From IMG/VR virus record IMGVR_UViG_3300011335_000727, positions 1 to 46,734 of that record: a DNA stretch of 46,734 nucleotides. The stretch is one strand, 5' to 3'. This stretch comes from a virus (lineage: Duplodnaviria; Caudoviricetes). Below are positions 27,364 to 35,564 of the stretch, in pieces. The notes beneath the pieces are model-generated. The model was not told the origin of the DNA, did not search any database, and saw only the letters and a program-made list of their open reading frames with translations. Position 1 is the stretch's first letter. Each line of letters opens with the position of its first letter. The position numbers and the translations under genes were made by a program.

Positions 27364-28041
27364 CTAGTGCTTGGGGTTGAACTCACAGCCCGTCACCTGA
27401 CACCACTTGCACAGCGGTGTCTGTGTTGGGTTCCATACATTGTTGCCGAAGCTGGACTCCAGTCTGGCGATCCGCTCGCGGTACTTCCACCATGCAGCGT
27501 CAGCTTGATCGCGCTGCATCTGCATCTTGACCATATCATCCTTGACAATGAACAGCAACGCGCTGTTGACCTTGCGGATGTGTGGGAAGTGTGCGAAGGT
27601 CATGATTGACATCAGCACCAACTGGTCTCGGTCTGGGTAGCGGTTGCCCCCGGTCTTCCAGTCGCCCACCCATGCGGTCAGGTTGTCGTCGTCCACGATC
27701 AGGATGTCCGCGATGCCGCGGACCCACACAGTCGGGGCGTCCCACTTGCACACCCGCAAGTCCTTGGTCAACGCCATCTCGTACTCAGCCAGCACCCGCC
27801 CGCTGTCAGTCTTCCGCAGCATGGCGTCCACCACCGGCTGGAACTGCGCGTACTGTGGCGGGATCGGCGTGCCGTCCTTGATGTAATGCTCGATGACCTC
27901 GTGTACCTGCACGCCGTAGCGTGTGGCGTCGGTCTGTTGGAAGGGGTACTTCTTGAGTACCTTTACCTCGTGGTAGCGCCGAGCACAGCCTTCATAATCT
28001 TTGAGGGAGCTATGGCTCCACTTGACTTGGTGCTCAGACAT
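27364..28041 (-). CDS. PD-(D/E)XK exonuclease (RecB/Cas4-like)
   Basis: Start reassigned to 28041; SHSSL...C, RGIAD, DWKTG, QL, C-terminal CKWC....C. Confidence 0.85.
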   Translation of the reverse strand: MSEHQVKWSHSSLKDYEGCARRYHEVKVLKKYPFQQTDATRYGVQVHEVIEHYIKDGTPIPPQYAQFQPVVDAMLRKTDSGRVLAEYEMALTKDLRVCKWDAPTVWVRGIADILIVDDDNLTAWVGDWKTGGNRYPDRDQLVLMSIMTFAHFPHIRKVNSALLFIVKDDMVKMQMQRDQADAAWWKYRERIARLESSFGNNVWNPTQTPLCKWCQVTGCEFNPKH

Positions 28042-28321
28042 TTTTGTCGAACCTCGCGCTATCGATGGCACCGCTAAGCTTGTCAGCGAACTCCGTAACA
28101 AACTTCTCGTCGCGGAACAGCTTGCTGCCCATCTCGAACAGCACCGCATGCGTCAACTCGTGCCAGAACGTGTTGCGGTCAACGGCTTTGTCCTCGTGGT
28201 TGTGGATGACGATGGCACGAGTGCCAAAGTAAACCCGGCCATGCAAGCCTTTCTTGCGTGGCTTCTCGTGTACCCAGTAGTGTCGTTTACCTACGGTCAC
28301 CCGTGTTGGAATTGCGTTCAT
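28034..28321 (-). CDS. Small zincin-motif (HELTH) protein
   Basis: TFWHELTHAVL...DEKFV; lies between PolA and the exonuclease. Confidence 0.65.
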   Translation of the reverse strand: MNAIPTRVTVGKRHYWVHEKPRKKGLHGRVYFGTRAIVIHNHEDKAVDRNTFWHELTHAVLFEMGSKLFRDEKFVTEFADKLSGAIDSARFDKNV

Positions 28322-28329
28322 GATGTTCC

Positions 28330-30315
28330 CTACTTCTTTGCTAGTCCGTACCTACGGTGAAAGCCACCGTCAGCCGCCAGAGGAATCCCCGGCATGTAAC
28401 TCGGCTCGAGCGTCATCTGCTCGAGCACCCACTTGAGCGCCTCTTTCGCTTCTCTCTCCGGTGCGATGGCGATCAACTCGTCATGCACTGTCCCCACCAC
28501 AGGGTAGCGTTTCGCAACCCGTAGCATCCCGTCGGTCATCACCACGCGGGCTGTCCCTTGTGTGACGTTGTTCGTAATCTTGCCGGCATAGATCTTGGTA
28601 GCGTCTGGCCCGTATACCCACTGGCTCCTACCATCTTTGTCTTTCTGCTGACGAAGGTTAGGATACAACAAACTCATGCCGCTGGGAAGCACTATTTCTT
28701 CTTTCCTGAAAATCAGACACTTGTGCCGGTACTCCTCACCGTCGGCCAGCGAGCGCTGGATCAGGCTGGAACACAGTTCCCAGAACCCCACAACCGCATG
28801 CGCCGTGGCACGGTAGATGTCGATAATCTTCTTGGCCGCCACGCAGTGGATCAGTAGCTCCTGTGCCGTGCAGATGTGCGGGATCTCGTTCATCTTGATC
28901 ACGTTGTCGTCCCACTCGAGGAAGCGCTCGATGTAGTCGCCCGTCACACCCAGCTTCTTGGCAAACGCCTTGTCATAGCGCTGCGGCGGAGCCCCGAGGA
29001 AGCCCACCAGAAGCTGCGCGGCGAACGATGCCCAGCCCAGTCCATACCCTGCCCCCAGCAACGCGCTCTTGGCCGACTGCCGCAAGTCCGGATGGCTCTC
29101 TTTGCTCAGGTCAGGGATGTTGAACATCTGTGCACCGAACTGTGCGTACGGATCACCGCCGGCATTGAAGATGTGCAGCATGTCGTCGTAGTCTGCCAGC
29201 CACGCCAGCACCCGCGGCTCGATCTGGGACAAGTCACCCACCACGCACACGTGCTTCTCAGGGGCCATGATTGCCTTGCGCAGGAAGCTCCCGCGCTTGA
29301 GGTTCTGCATGTTGATGGCACTCCCCTTGCTGGCCGTCCATCGCCCTGTGGCTGCACCGTAGTAGCTCAGTGGCACCGGCAGTGTGCCGCGCCCTGCAAT
29401 GTCTAGGAACCGCTGCGCTCTGGTGCGCTCCGTCGTGGACTTGACCTTGAGCCGCGCCTCACACAGGAGCCGCACATCGTCGTTGTCTCCGTTGAGCATC
29501 GCTTGAAACATGGCGTCTGTCTTGGCGAACGCGAAGTTCTCTCCGATAGGCTCGGGCGTCTTGACCGTGGGCTTCTTCTTCTTGGTCGGCGGCTCCACAC
29601 CCACATTGCGCAGCAGTTCCGCGAAGCGGTCATTGCTGGCTAGGTCCGCGTCGGTGATCTTCAATCGCTCGAGCAGCGCCTCGCGTGCCTCACGCTCCTC
29701 ATGCAGTGCGTTGAACAGCATGTCCTCATCAAGCTCGAGCACCGGGCGTGTGTACATCTTCATCGTCATGTCGATGAGCCGTAGTTCCTTTGCAGGGTAG
29801 CCTTTAACGAGTCGCTTGAAGATCTCCTCACACAGAAATACGTCGTGCTTGCAATACTCTGCCAACTCTTTTTCAATCTCAGGGCTGATTTCAGAGAGTC
29901 CATCTGTCGAATATACGGCTCGCCCTTTGGGGGGAAGAGCAAAATCTGCTGCAAGTTTGGCGAGACTGTTGCCAACCTCAACGCCGCGGAGAGCGCGTGC
30001 CATCGATAGCGTGTCGAAGATGAAGCAGGGGTGTACTCCGTATACCCATTCGAGAATCGAAACATCGAATTGGGCGTTATGCGCAAGGACTGCGGTCTTA
30101 GTCCAGTCGTAGGTCGATAGGATTCGATGAAGCTCATCTCCTCTATACCATTGAGTGATTGCATCGGTTCCGTATTCATGTATACACGCTCCGAATGCCA
30201 AGAATTTTGTATCACGGATGTACTCCTCGGTTGTGAGCTTGGACAGTGTGTACTCTTTGCTGTCCCAGCGGGTTTCAAAATCGATTGTCAGCAGCATTGT
30301 GTAAGGTGCGCTCAT
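28330..30315 (-). CDS. polA: Family A DNA polymerase with 3'-5' exonuclease
   Basis: Exo motifs DFET, HNAQFD, YCKHD; motif A DLSQIEPR; motif B RQSAKSALLGAGYG; motif C VHDE. Confidence 0.92.
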   Translation of the reverse strand: MSAPYTMLLTIDFETRWDSKEYTLSKLTTEEYIRDTKFLAFGACIHEYGTDAITQWYRGDELHRILSTYDWTKTAVLAHNAQFDVSILEWVYGVHPCFIFDTLSMARALRGVEVGNSLAKLAADFALPPKGRAVYSTDGLSEISPEIEKELAEYCKHDVFLCEEIFKRLVKGYPAKELRLIDMTMKMYTRPVLELDEDMLFNALHEEREAREALLERLKITDADLASNDRFAELLRNVGVEPPTKKKKPTVKTPEPIGENFAFAKTDAMFQAMLNGDNDDVRLLCEARLKVKSTTERTRAQRFLDIAGRGTLPVPLSYYGAATGRWTASKGSAINMQNLKRGSFLRKAIMAPEKHVCVVGDLSQIEPRVLAWLADYDDMLHIFNAGGDPYAQFGAQMFNIPDLSKESHPDLRQSAKSALLGAGYGLGWASFAAQLLVGFLGAPPQRYDKAFAKKLGVTGDYIERFLEWDDNVIKMNEIPHICTAQELLIHCVAAKKIIDIYRATAHAVVGFWELCSSLIQRSLADGEEYRHKCLIFRKEEIVLPSGMSLLYPNLRQQKDKDGRSQWVYGPDATKIYAGKITNNVTQGTARVVMTDGMLRVAKRYPVVGTVHDELIAIAPEREAKEALKWVLEQMTLEPSYMPGIPLAADGGFHRRYGLAKK

Positions 30316-30323
30316 TGGTTCTC

Positions 30324-30605
30324 CTAGTTGAATTTATCTTTGGGGGGTGCGCCCCGCAGCGTGTACGCAGTCATGTACTCAGCGGCCTTGGTGATAAGGT
30401 CTGTGGCCTCCATGTCGTCGGCGTTCAGAGACATCATTACGGTCTCGTCCTCGCGGCGAGTTATCAGCAGCCCGCTAAAAAGCTCCGGGCCTGTGTAGCA
30501 GAGGGCGACCATCCGCACAACGGCGCGGAAGTGTTCTTGCGCTTGTGCGTCCAGCTTAGACAGCGCCTCCATCATCTGCGCGTCTTGGTCTGTTTCAGTC
30601 TCCAT
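30324..30605 (-). CDS. Hypothetical protein
   Basis: 93 aa with AGGA RBS; overlaps the VRR-NUC gene end. Confidence 0.6.
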   Translation of the reverse strand: METETDQDAQMMEALSKLDAQAQEHFRAVVRMVALCYTGPELFSGLLITRREDETVMMSLNADDMEATDLITKAAEYMTAYTLRGAPPKDKFN

Positions 30606-30885
30606 TGAGTATTCCTTTAAGTGCGTGAATGTTTTCTTCGTTGATCACGATGGCTATGCCACCCGCAGCCCTGATCTTTGCAAGGTGTGACTCCTGCAGT
30701 GCGGTGGTCTTACCCTTGCCAGCCTTGGCTTCTATCGCAATGAACCCGCCTCGGTTGCAGACAAGGAAGTCAGGCACGCCACTGTTGCCGTAGCCTGTGC
30801 CGATGGGCATCGCGAAGTACGCTTTGCTGTCCTCGAGTATCTTTCGTATGCGCTTCTTCACAAGCGCCTCTGGCGTGTTTGCCAT
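30595..30885 (-). CDS. VRR-NUC domain nuclease (Holliday junction resolvase-like)
   Basis: Start reassigned to 30885 (GGAG RBS); PE...GVPDFL...IEAK..Q motif. Confidence 0.8.
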   Translation of the reverse strand: MANTPEALVKKRIRKILEDSKAYFAMPIGTGYGNSGVPDFLVCNRGGFIAIEAKAGKGKTTALQESHLAKIRAAGGIAIVINEENIHALKGILNGD

Positions 30886-30910
30886 AGATGTCTCCAGTAG
30901 GTTAATAGGT

Positions 30911-31053
30911 GAGGGGGGAATGTAGATTCCACGCCCCCTCGGTTCGTGGTGGGGGAGTGACAGCGCGTCAAACAACTGCTGTCGGGCTACGCACTGTCGC
31001 AATCTAGGGCCACATATACAAGGCGGTTGGCTAGACTACATCGATGGCCCGAC
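30911..31053 (-). ncRNA. Candidate structured cis-regulatory RNA (two tandem pseudoknots)
   Basis: Non-coding gap containing five or more complementary segment pairs (see findings). Confidence 0.45.
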
Positions 31054-31263
31054 TCAATCTTTATTCTGTAGCTCGATGAGCTTGTCGAGGTAGTGCCGCG
31101 CCTTGAGCAGGTCTTGCACACCACCCTTGTCGCGCCAGCGGCTCACGTACTTGATGATGTTGCCCTCGAAGTACCCGAGTTCATTGGCGGCGATGTAGTC
31201 CCAAGGCTGGATGGCCTTGGTCTTGTAGTGGCTGCCAGCCACCTGTATTTCATTTGCACTCAT
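31054..31263 (-). CDS. DUF3310 / SaV-like protein
   Basis: QVAGSHYK...QPWD...GNIIKYVSRW..KGG..DL.KA.HYL. Confidence 0.8.
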   Translation of the reverse strand: MSANEIQVAGSHYKTKAIQPWDYIAANELGYFEGNIIKYVSRWRDKGGVQDLLKARHYLDKLIELQNKD

Positions 31264-31571
31264 TGCTTCTCCTTCTGTCTTGCTCGGTATCGTTTCGATA
31301 TCTCTGCACGGCTCAGCTTGGCCCGGGGCTTGTCCGCCCCTTCCCACATACCATAGACCGGGATTGCGTCTCGCCCAAGCGAGTCCTGCAGCCAGCCCAC
31401 GACATGTATGATGGCCCCGGCTTTGAGCGCTCGCAGCCACTCTTGGGCTGTGACCAAGTGTACACCAGTATGGCTACTGAGTTGTTGTGCAGTCACGGGG
31501 CTCTGCAACAAAAGCTGCATCGTTTGCGTCAGGACAGCGTGGCTGACCTTAACTCTGTGGGGCTTTATCAT
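31260..31571 (-). CDS. Putative winged-helix DNA-binding protein
   Basis: TAQQLSSHTGVHLVTAQEWLRAL helix-turn-helix pattern followed by beta strands; ATGA overlap. Confidence 0.55.
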   Translation of the reverse strand: MIKPHRVKVSHAVLTQTMQLLLQSPVTAQQLSSHTGVHLVTAQEWLRALKAGAIIHVVGWLQDSLGRDAIPVYGMWEGADKPRAKLSRAEISKRYRARQKEKQ

Positions 31572-31701
31572 GCTTGGCCTTTTCTATTTGTTCGCGTATC
31601 CATTTAGGTCCACCAAGCCGCAGCAGCTTAACCCGCTGGCTCTGGGTTAACTTGACTGTGTACACAACGGTCAGTGGTTCACCGTCTGGCTTTGCACTCA
31701 T
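31549..31701 (-). CDS. Small ribbon-helix-helix-like protein; not in the ORF track
   Basis: Manual translation: MSAKPDGEPLTVVYTVKLTQSQRVKLLRLGGPKWIREQIEKAKHDKAPQS. Confidence 0.55.
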   Translation of the reverse strand: MSAKPDGEPLTVVYTVKLTQSQRVKLLRLGGPKWIREQIEKAKHDKAPQS

Positions 31702-31946
31702 TGGTTATCCCTGATCATCTTCCTTACATCATCCACCGTCAGGCCAAGCTCGGTCAAAGCAGCGGGTTGAATAAGCAGCTTAGTCGGCTGCTGCGTTATC
31801 GGTTCATCTGCCAGCATCTGCCGAATCTCTTTCAGCGCCTTTACAAGACTGGCTTCCGTGAGTTCAGTCATGTTTTCCCTTGTTAAATCCAACCGCATCT
31901 TCTTCTCACGCTCAAGGCGTTCAAACTCGTCGTCTTCAGTGATCAT
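31698..31946 (-). CDS. Hypothetical protein with a capsid-like segment
   Basis: Start 31946 via ATGA overlap with GGAG RBS; 82 aa. Confidence 0.6.
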   Translation of the reverse strand: MITEDDEFERLEREKKMRLDLTRENMTELTEASLVKALKEIRQMLADEPITQQPTKLLIQPAALTELGLTVDDVRKMIRDNQ

Positions 31947-32110
31947 TTTTGCTCCTTCCATGCTGTATTGTTTAGCACAGCCTCAAGGTGTTTCGGGTCT
32001 ATCGGTTTGTGCTTGTGGTGAAGCTGTCCAAATGCAATCAGTCGGTTGAGTGCTTCCTCGACTGACATGCCAAGGCGCTCATGTAAACGCTGTGGTTTCT
32101 TTTGGTTCAT
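31943..32110 (-). CDS. Small hypothetical protein (55 aa)
   Basis: Manual translation MNQKKPQRLHERLGMSVEEAL...; ATGA overlaps at both ends. Confidence 0.5.
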   Translation of the reverse strand: MNQKKPQRLHERLGMSVEEALNRLIAFGQLHHKHKPIDPKHLEAVLNNTAWKEQK

Positions 32111-32277
32111 GTAGCTTTCCCTCTCAACATATCAACGGCCCGTTTAATCCTGTACCAGAGACTGCGCCTCAAAAGATGCGCGTCTAGCTGCTTTTTTAGC
32201 CGCTCGTTCTCCAACAATAAATGGTTGTTGTGAGCGGACATAAAGTCCCACGCCTTCTGGATATCCTCTTGGTTCAT
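32107..32277 (-). CDS. Small hypothetical protein (56 aa, coiled coil)
   Basis: Manual translation MNQEDIQKAWDFMSAHNNHLLLENERLK...; ATGA overlaps. Confidence 0.55.
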   Translation of the reverse strand: MNQEDIQKAWDFMSAHNNHLLLENERLKKQLDAHLLRRSLWYRIKRAVDMLRGKAT

Positions 32278-32978
32278 GTGTTGCGCTCCTTCAGTTTGAT
32301 TTGTATGCGCTGAAACGCAACCAGATAATTCCCCCGCTCTGCAAGCTGACAGGCTTCCAAAAAGTCCTCATCCGTCAGACCCTGCCACGGGTGCTGTGGT
32401 GCCTCAGAATACAGCTTCATTGGATCAACTTTAATACTGACAGGCACGGGGCCTATCTTCATGTGTTTCGCCCAGCTAAACTTATGCTCTTGAAAGTCAA
32501 AGTAGGCCACCGGCTCGGCTTGCCGTTGGGGTGCTGCGACATAGCCAAACAGTTCGGCAAACTCCCGCAACAAATATGTCCCTCGGGTGCCGTCGTCAAA
32601 CGTAATATCAGGCGATCCACCCCCAGTCAAAGACACAACCTCCCCAAGACTTTCGTCTTCAAGGCAAATCACTTTGTCGCCAACTTTTGGCATACGCATA
32701 CCTACAGGCTCGGCTTGCTGCTGTGCGGCAAAGTGATCGGCCAATTCACGCGCCTTGTGCTTGTCAATGCCCTCTCGGACTAAGCTCACTACCACCATGT
32801 CACGCCATTGACTCGGCTCGGCTTGCTGCTCCAGCGCGGTGCGTAGGGCGGCAAGTGATTCGGTTGTGTTTCGCTTTGACTGTTCTAGCGCAGTTTCAGG
32901 CCATACCCATTTGTCGCAATGTTCCCAACCCTCCAGCGCCTCCAGCGCCTGCTGCGCGGCTTGTCTCAGGTCAGTCAT
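32274..32978 (-). CDS. Mosaic early/middle protein with QAEP linkers
   Basis: MTDLRQAAQQALEAL N-terminus, three QAEP junctions, WQGLTDED C-terminal module. Confidence 0.65.
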   Translation of the reverse strand: MTDLRQAAQQALEALEGWEHCDKWVWPETALEQSKRNTTESLAALRTALEQQAEPSQWRDMVVVSLVREGIDKHKARELADHFAAQQQAEPVGMRMPKVGDKVICLEDESLGEVVSLTGGGSPDITFDDGTRGTYLLREFAELFGYVAAPQRQAEPVAYFDFQEHKFSWAKHMKIGPVPVSIKVDPMKLYSEAPQHPWQGLTDEDFLEACQLAERGNYLVAFQRIQIKLKERNT

Positions 32979-33217
32979 GTCTTCTCCTTGATTCTGTGAG
33001 CCTGCTCAATGGCTCGGGCAAACTCCATCAATGGGCCGTCGTACTCAGATGGTATCTGGCTCGGCATCATGTTGGCTATTGACGTTGCGGTCAACGGCTT
33101 GCGCTGTGCTGCCTTCTTGCCATCTGCGAAACCTCGCTGATACACGATCAGCAGCGTGTCTGGCTCATCGTCCAGCTTGGCTTTTGCCATCTGGCGCTTT
33201 GATTCAAATCCTGTCAT
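32975..33217 (-). CDS. Hypothetical protein
   Basis: Start 33217 via ATGA overlap; RKPLT...FARAIEQAH..KE family pattern. Confidence 0.6.
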   Translation of the reverse strand: MTGFESKRQMAKAKLDDEPDTLLIVYQRGFADGKKAAQRKPLTATSIANMMPSQIPSEYDGPLMEFARAIEQAHRIKEKT

Positions 33218-33897
33218 GTCAACTCCTTTACTTCGTAGTCTTTGAACACTGTTCCTTTGCTGGCATTGCCCCGCCAACATTCCTTGACCCAGCCCCGTTT
33301 GCCTGACTTGTATGTACGCCAGTGGCCTCTGGCCTGATGCCTTCGGGGGCTTGCGTGTGTACCGCCGCGAGACTCTGACTGCGGCTTTGGCGGCTCAATA
33401 ACTATTGTGTGCCAGTCGTACAACAGGGGAAACTTGCCTTTGGCTTTGCGCTTGTCATTAATCAGGCTACGCCTTGAACTTGGTTGATGCGCCTCTATTG
33501 CCTTCTGACCAAGCAGGTCGAGAAAGTGCTTGATAGTGCAAAGGACGGAGTAGCATTGCTTCTTCGATGGTGGTGCGTCACCTTCGTTCGCTGGCAACAG
33601 TCTCAAACCTTCAGGGGTGTCCATATAGGCAAATGCGTTGACCATCTCATACGAGCTTGGGGACAAAACAAAACCTGCCGCAACTACAGTCCCATTCCCT
33701 CCCACAAGAGTCAACATGCACTTGTCGCCATCCGAATCAATGCAGCAGACAATCACTTTGTGGAACGGGATGTGCGTGAGTGTTTCGCCGTCAACCAAGA
33801 ATCGCACTTCCTCCGTCGGTAGCTTGCCAATGTCAAACCACATGAAACTTTCAGCCTCCGGTGTGTAGCCGACCATTTCTTTAACCAACGGTGTCAT
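33214..33897 (-). CDS. Hypothetical protein with HASPRRH..RGHWR motif
   Basis: 227 aa; basic C-terminal motif widespread in phages. Confidence 0.7.
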   Translation of the reverse strand: MTPLVKEMVGYTPEAESFMWFDIGKLPTEEVRFLVDGETLTHIPFHKVIVCCIDSDGDKCMLTLVGGNGTVVAAGFVLSPSSYEMVNAFAYMDTPEGLRLLPANEGDAPPSKKQCYSVLCTIKHFLDLLGQKAIEAHQPSSRRSLINDKRKAKGKFPLLYDWHTIVIEPPKPQSESRGGTHASPRRHQARGHWRTYKSGKRGWVKECWRGNASKGTVFKDYEVKELT

Positions 33898-34115
33898 GTC
33901 GTTCCCCTTGCTCGGATGCGCTCGCCGACTTCCTCGTCCCAGACGTTGTGGTCATCAAATATTGCAGCGCAAGCCTCTCTCTCAGCAGCGGCAACCAACT
34001 CAACAAATGTTTCCAGTTCCATCTCTGTAAACAGTACACCGTCGCTTCTCCCCATGAGCATCACGGGATATACAGCCCCCACTGAGTCTGCAAGTTCTTT
34101 GGTTTTTTCTTTCAT
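33894..34115 (-). CDS. Hypothetical protein (EREACA...IRARG family)
   Basis: Start MKEKT at 34115 via ATGA overlap. Confidence 0.6.
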   Translation of the reverse strand: MKEKTKELADSVGAVYPVMLMGRSDGVLFTEMELETFVELVAAAEREACAAIFDDHNVWDEEVGERIRARGTT

Positions 34116-34408
34116 GTCGTTCCCCTTGCTCGGATGGCGGCGGCGCACTCATCCGCAATATTTTCCAGTGATGCTTCATGCGCTTTTTGATATTTCCGGG
34201 CAATGTCCTCCACCGCCGCTTCGCAAGCCTCACGCTCGGCCACCACCGCATCATTGATGCGCTTAATCCAAAGTTCGGCCTTGGCAAAACCAATCTCTCG
34301 CTCAATAGACCGGGCAAAGTCAACCACATTTTGATGGTCAAGGCAGATATGAAAACCACCCTCACCATCGTTGTTGCATTTCCAAATCTGTGCTTCAGTA
34401 AGTTTCAT
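34112..34408 (-). CDS. Hypothetical protein (EREACE...IRARG family)
   Basis: 98 aa; shares 25 identical 3' nucleotides with the next gene. Confidence 0.6.
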   Translation of the reverse strand: MKLTEAQIWKCNNDGEGGFHICLDHQNVVDFARSIEREIGFAKAELWIKRINDAVVAEREACEAAVEDIARKYQKAHEASLENIADECAAAIRARGTT

Positions 34409-34409
34409 G

Positions 34410-34622
34410 TCAATCCCCCCTCATTCTGATAGCTTGGGCCAGCATTGTCAGCGTTGGATATTGGTCGGCGTTGACGCTTGCGTCAGCCAGTTTTGCAATA
34501 GCCTCACGCTCTGATTCGGCACAGGCTTTACCATAAGCCAGCATCTGCTCTGTTGTGTAGCCACGTATCTTGGTGTTGCTTGGCAGGTGTGTGTCAATCA
34601 CCGACATTTCAGGCAAGGTCAT
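34410..34622 (-). CDS. Hypothetical protein (EREAIA...IRMRG family)
   Basis: Start MTLPE at 34622; GYTTEQMLAYG motif. Confidence 0.55.
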   Translation of the reverse strand: MTLPEMSVIDTHLPSNTKIRGYTTEQMLAYGKACAESEREAIAKLADASVNADQYPTLTMLAQAIRMRGD

Positions 34623-34735
34623 AGCAGATACCCCACAAAGAATCCGGCCGCCGCTATAGCGCACAAGATAGCCACGGCAAGCAGCAGGTCAAGCCAGCCG
34701 TAGGCAAACAGTCCTTCCACTTCATCGTCTTTCAT
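34619..34735 (-). CDS. Small membrane protein (38 aa)
   Basis: Manual translation: MKDDEVEGLFAYGWLDLLLAVAILCAIAAAGFFVGYLL; ATGA overlaps at both ends. Confidence 0.55.
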   Translation of the reverse strand: MKDDEVEGLFAYGWLDLLLAVAILCAIAAAGFFVGYLL

Positions 34736-34965
34736 GTTGTCCTTTCTGCTTTGTTGATGGCTGCTTTGACAGCGCGTTCGGTTTCAAGCTGTTCCCGTGC
34801 GCTCATGCCGTAGTAATCATTTAGCGCCTTCAACGCCGCCAGCAACTCAGTGTTGACCTCATGCAATCGGCGCAGTTCGGCGGCGGCATTGTTTGTGCAT
34901 GGGCTGCTGTAAGGCGCTGCATCAAGTTCATCAGCCAGCCGCAAGGCTTCTGGTTGTGTTGTCAT
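34732..34965 (-). CDS. Hypothetical protein (QPEALRLAD...AAELRRLH family)
   Basis: Start MTTQPE at 34965 via ATGA overlap. Confidence 0.6.
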   Translation of the reverse strand: MTTQPEALRLADELDAAPYSSPCTNNAAAELRRLHEVNTELLAALKALNDYYGMSAREQLETERAVKAAINKAERTT

Positions 34966-35120
34966 TTCTGTTCCCTCGCTTTCAAAATCGCCATCAATTG
35001 CTTTTCTTGCTCTGTCCAAACGAAAGCATCTCCATAAATTTTGCGGTAATCAGGCGGTGCAGATGTGTACCAATCAAACCATTTTTTCATGCGGACAGCT
35101 TGTTCTTCTTCGGAGTTCAT
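34962..35120 (-). CDS. Small hypothetical protein (52 aa)
   Basis: Manual translation MNSEEEQAVRMKKWFDWY...; ATGA overlaps. Confidence 0.5.
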   Translation of the reverse strand: MNSEEEQAVRMKKWFDWYTSAPPDYRKIYGDAFVWTEQEKQLMAILKAREQK

Positions 35121-35323
35121 GTTTGCCTCGCTTCCAGCATGGCGTCTGCCACATCGTATGCAGCACCTGCGTACATCAACAGGTTGTCGCTGAATCTTGT
35201 TTCTCGCGTAAGAAACGACTGCATCGCCTTGGCAGCAAAGTAATCGCGCAGGGTCATACCATTGCTGTACGGCGTATTGCCACCTGTTCCAGTCGGAAAC
35301 GCTGGGCCTCCTGTGTTACTCAT
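35117..35323 (-). CDS. Conserved phage protein (GGPAFP...GMTLRDYFAAKAM family)
   Basis: Signature motifs present. Confidence 0.75.
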   Translation of the reverse strand: MSNTGGPAFPTGTGGNTPYSNGMTLRDYFAAKAMQSFLTRETRFSDNLLMYAGAAYDVADAMLEARQT

Positions 35324-35412
35324 AGCGGACTCTCCTCATGGTTGTTCGGGTTAAACGGCATCGGCGGTACAGGCCGATTCGGGGGTAGTTCAGTTGGGAA
35401 GGGCCATGTCAT
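35320..35412 (-). CDS. Pro-rich microprotein (30 aa)
   Basis: Manual translation: MTWPFPTELPPNRPVPPMPFNPNNHEESPL; ATGA overlaps; GGAG RBS. Confidence 0.45.
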   Translation of the reverse strand: MTWPFPTELPPNRPVPPMPFNPNNHEESPL

Positions 35413-35564
35413 TTCGTTCTCCCAATAATGTTAGCTGGATGCAGGAGCCACTTGGTTCCCAAGAACCTGATCGACTTGACCCATGCGCGTTGGTTGTGCC
35501 TGTCGATGTGGCGCATGCCGCTGTTGAAGTGCTTACGCACTCGGGTGAGCATGTTGATCTTCAT
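35409..35564 (-). CDS. Small hypothetical protein (51 aa)
   Basis: Manual translation MKINMLTRVRKHF...NQRAWVKSIRFLGTKWLL; ATGA overlaps. Confidence 0.55.
   Translation of the reverse strand: MKINMLTRVRKHFNSGMRHIDRHNQRAWVKSIRFLGTKWLLHPANIIGRTK

Noticed and set aside
27364-28041. Cas4 as part of a CRISPR system
   Set aside because: Solo PD-(D/E)XK nuclease in an ordinary phage replication module; no array.
30911-31053. HDV-like ribozyme or tRNA
   Set aside because: Stem order lacks the nested P3/P1.1 arrangement; no cloverleaf or T-loop. Kept only as an unclassified structured RNA.
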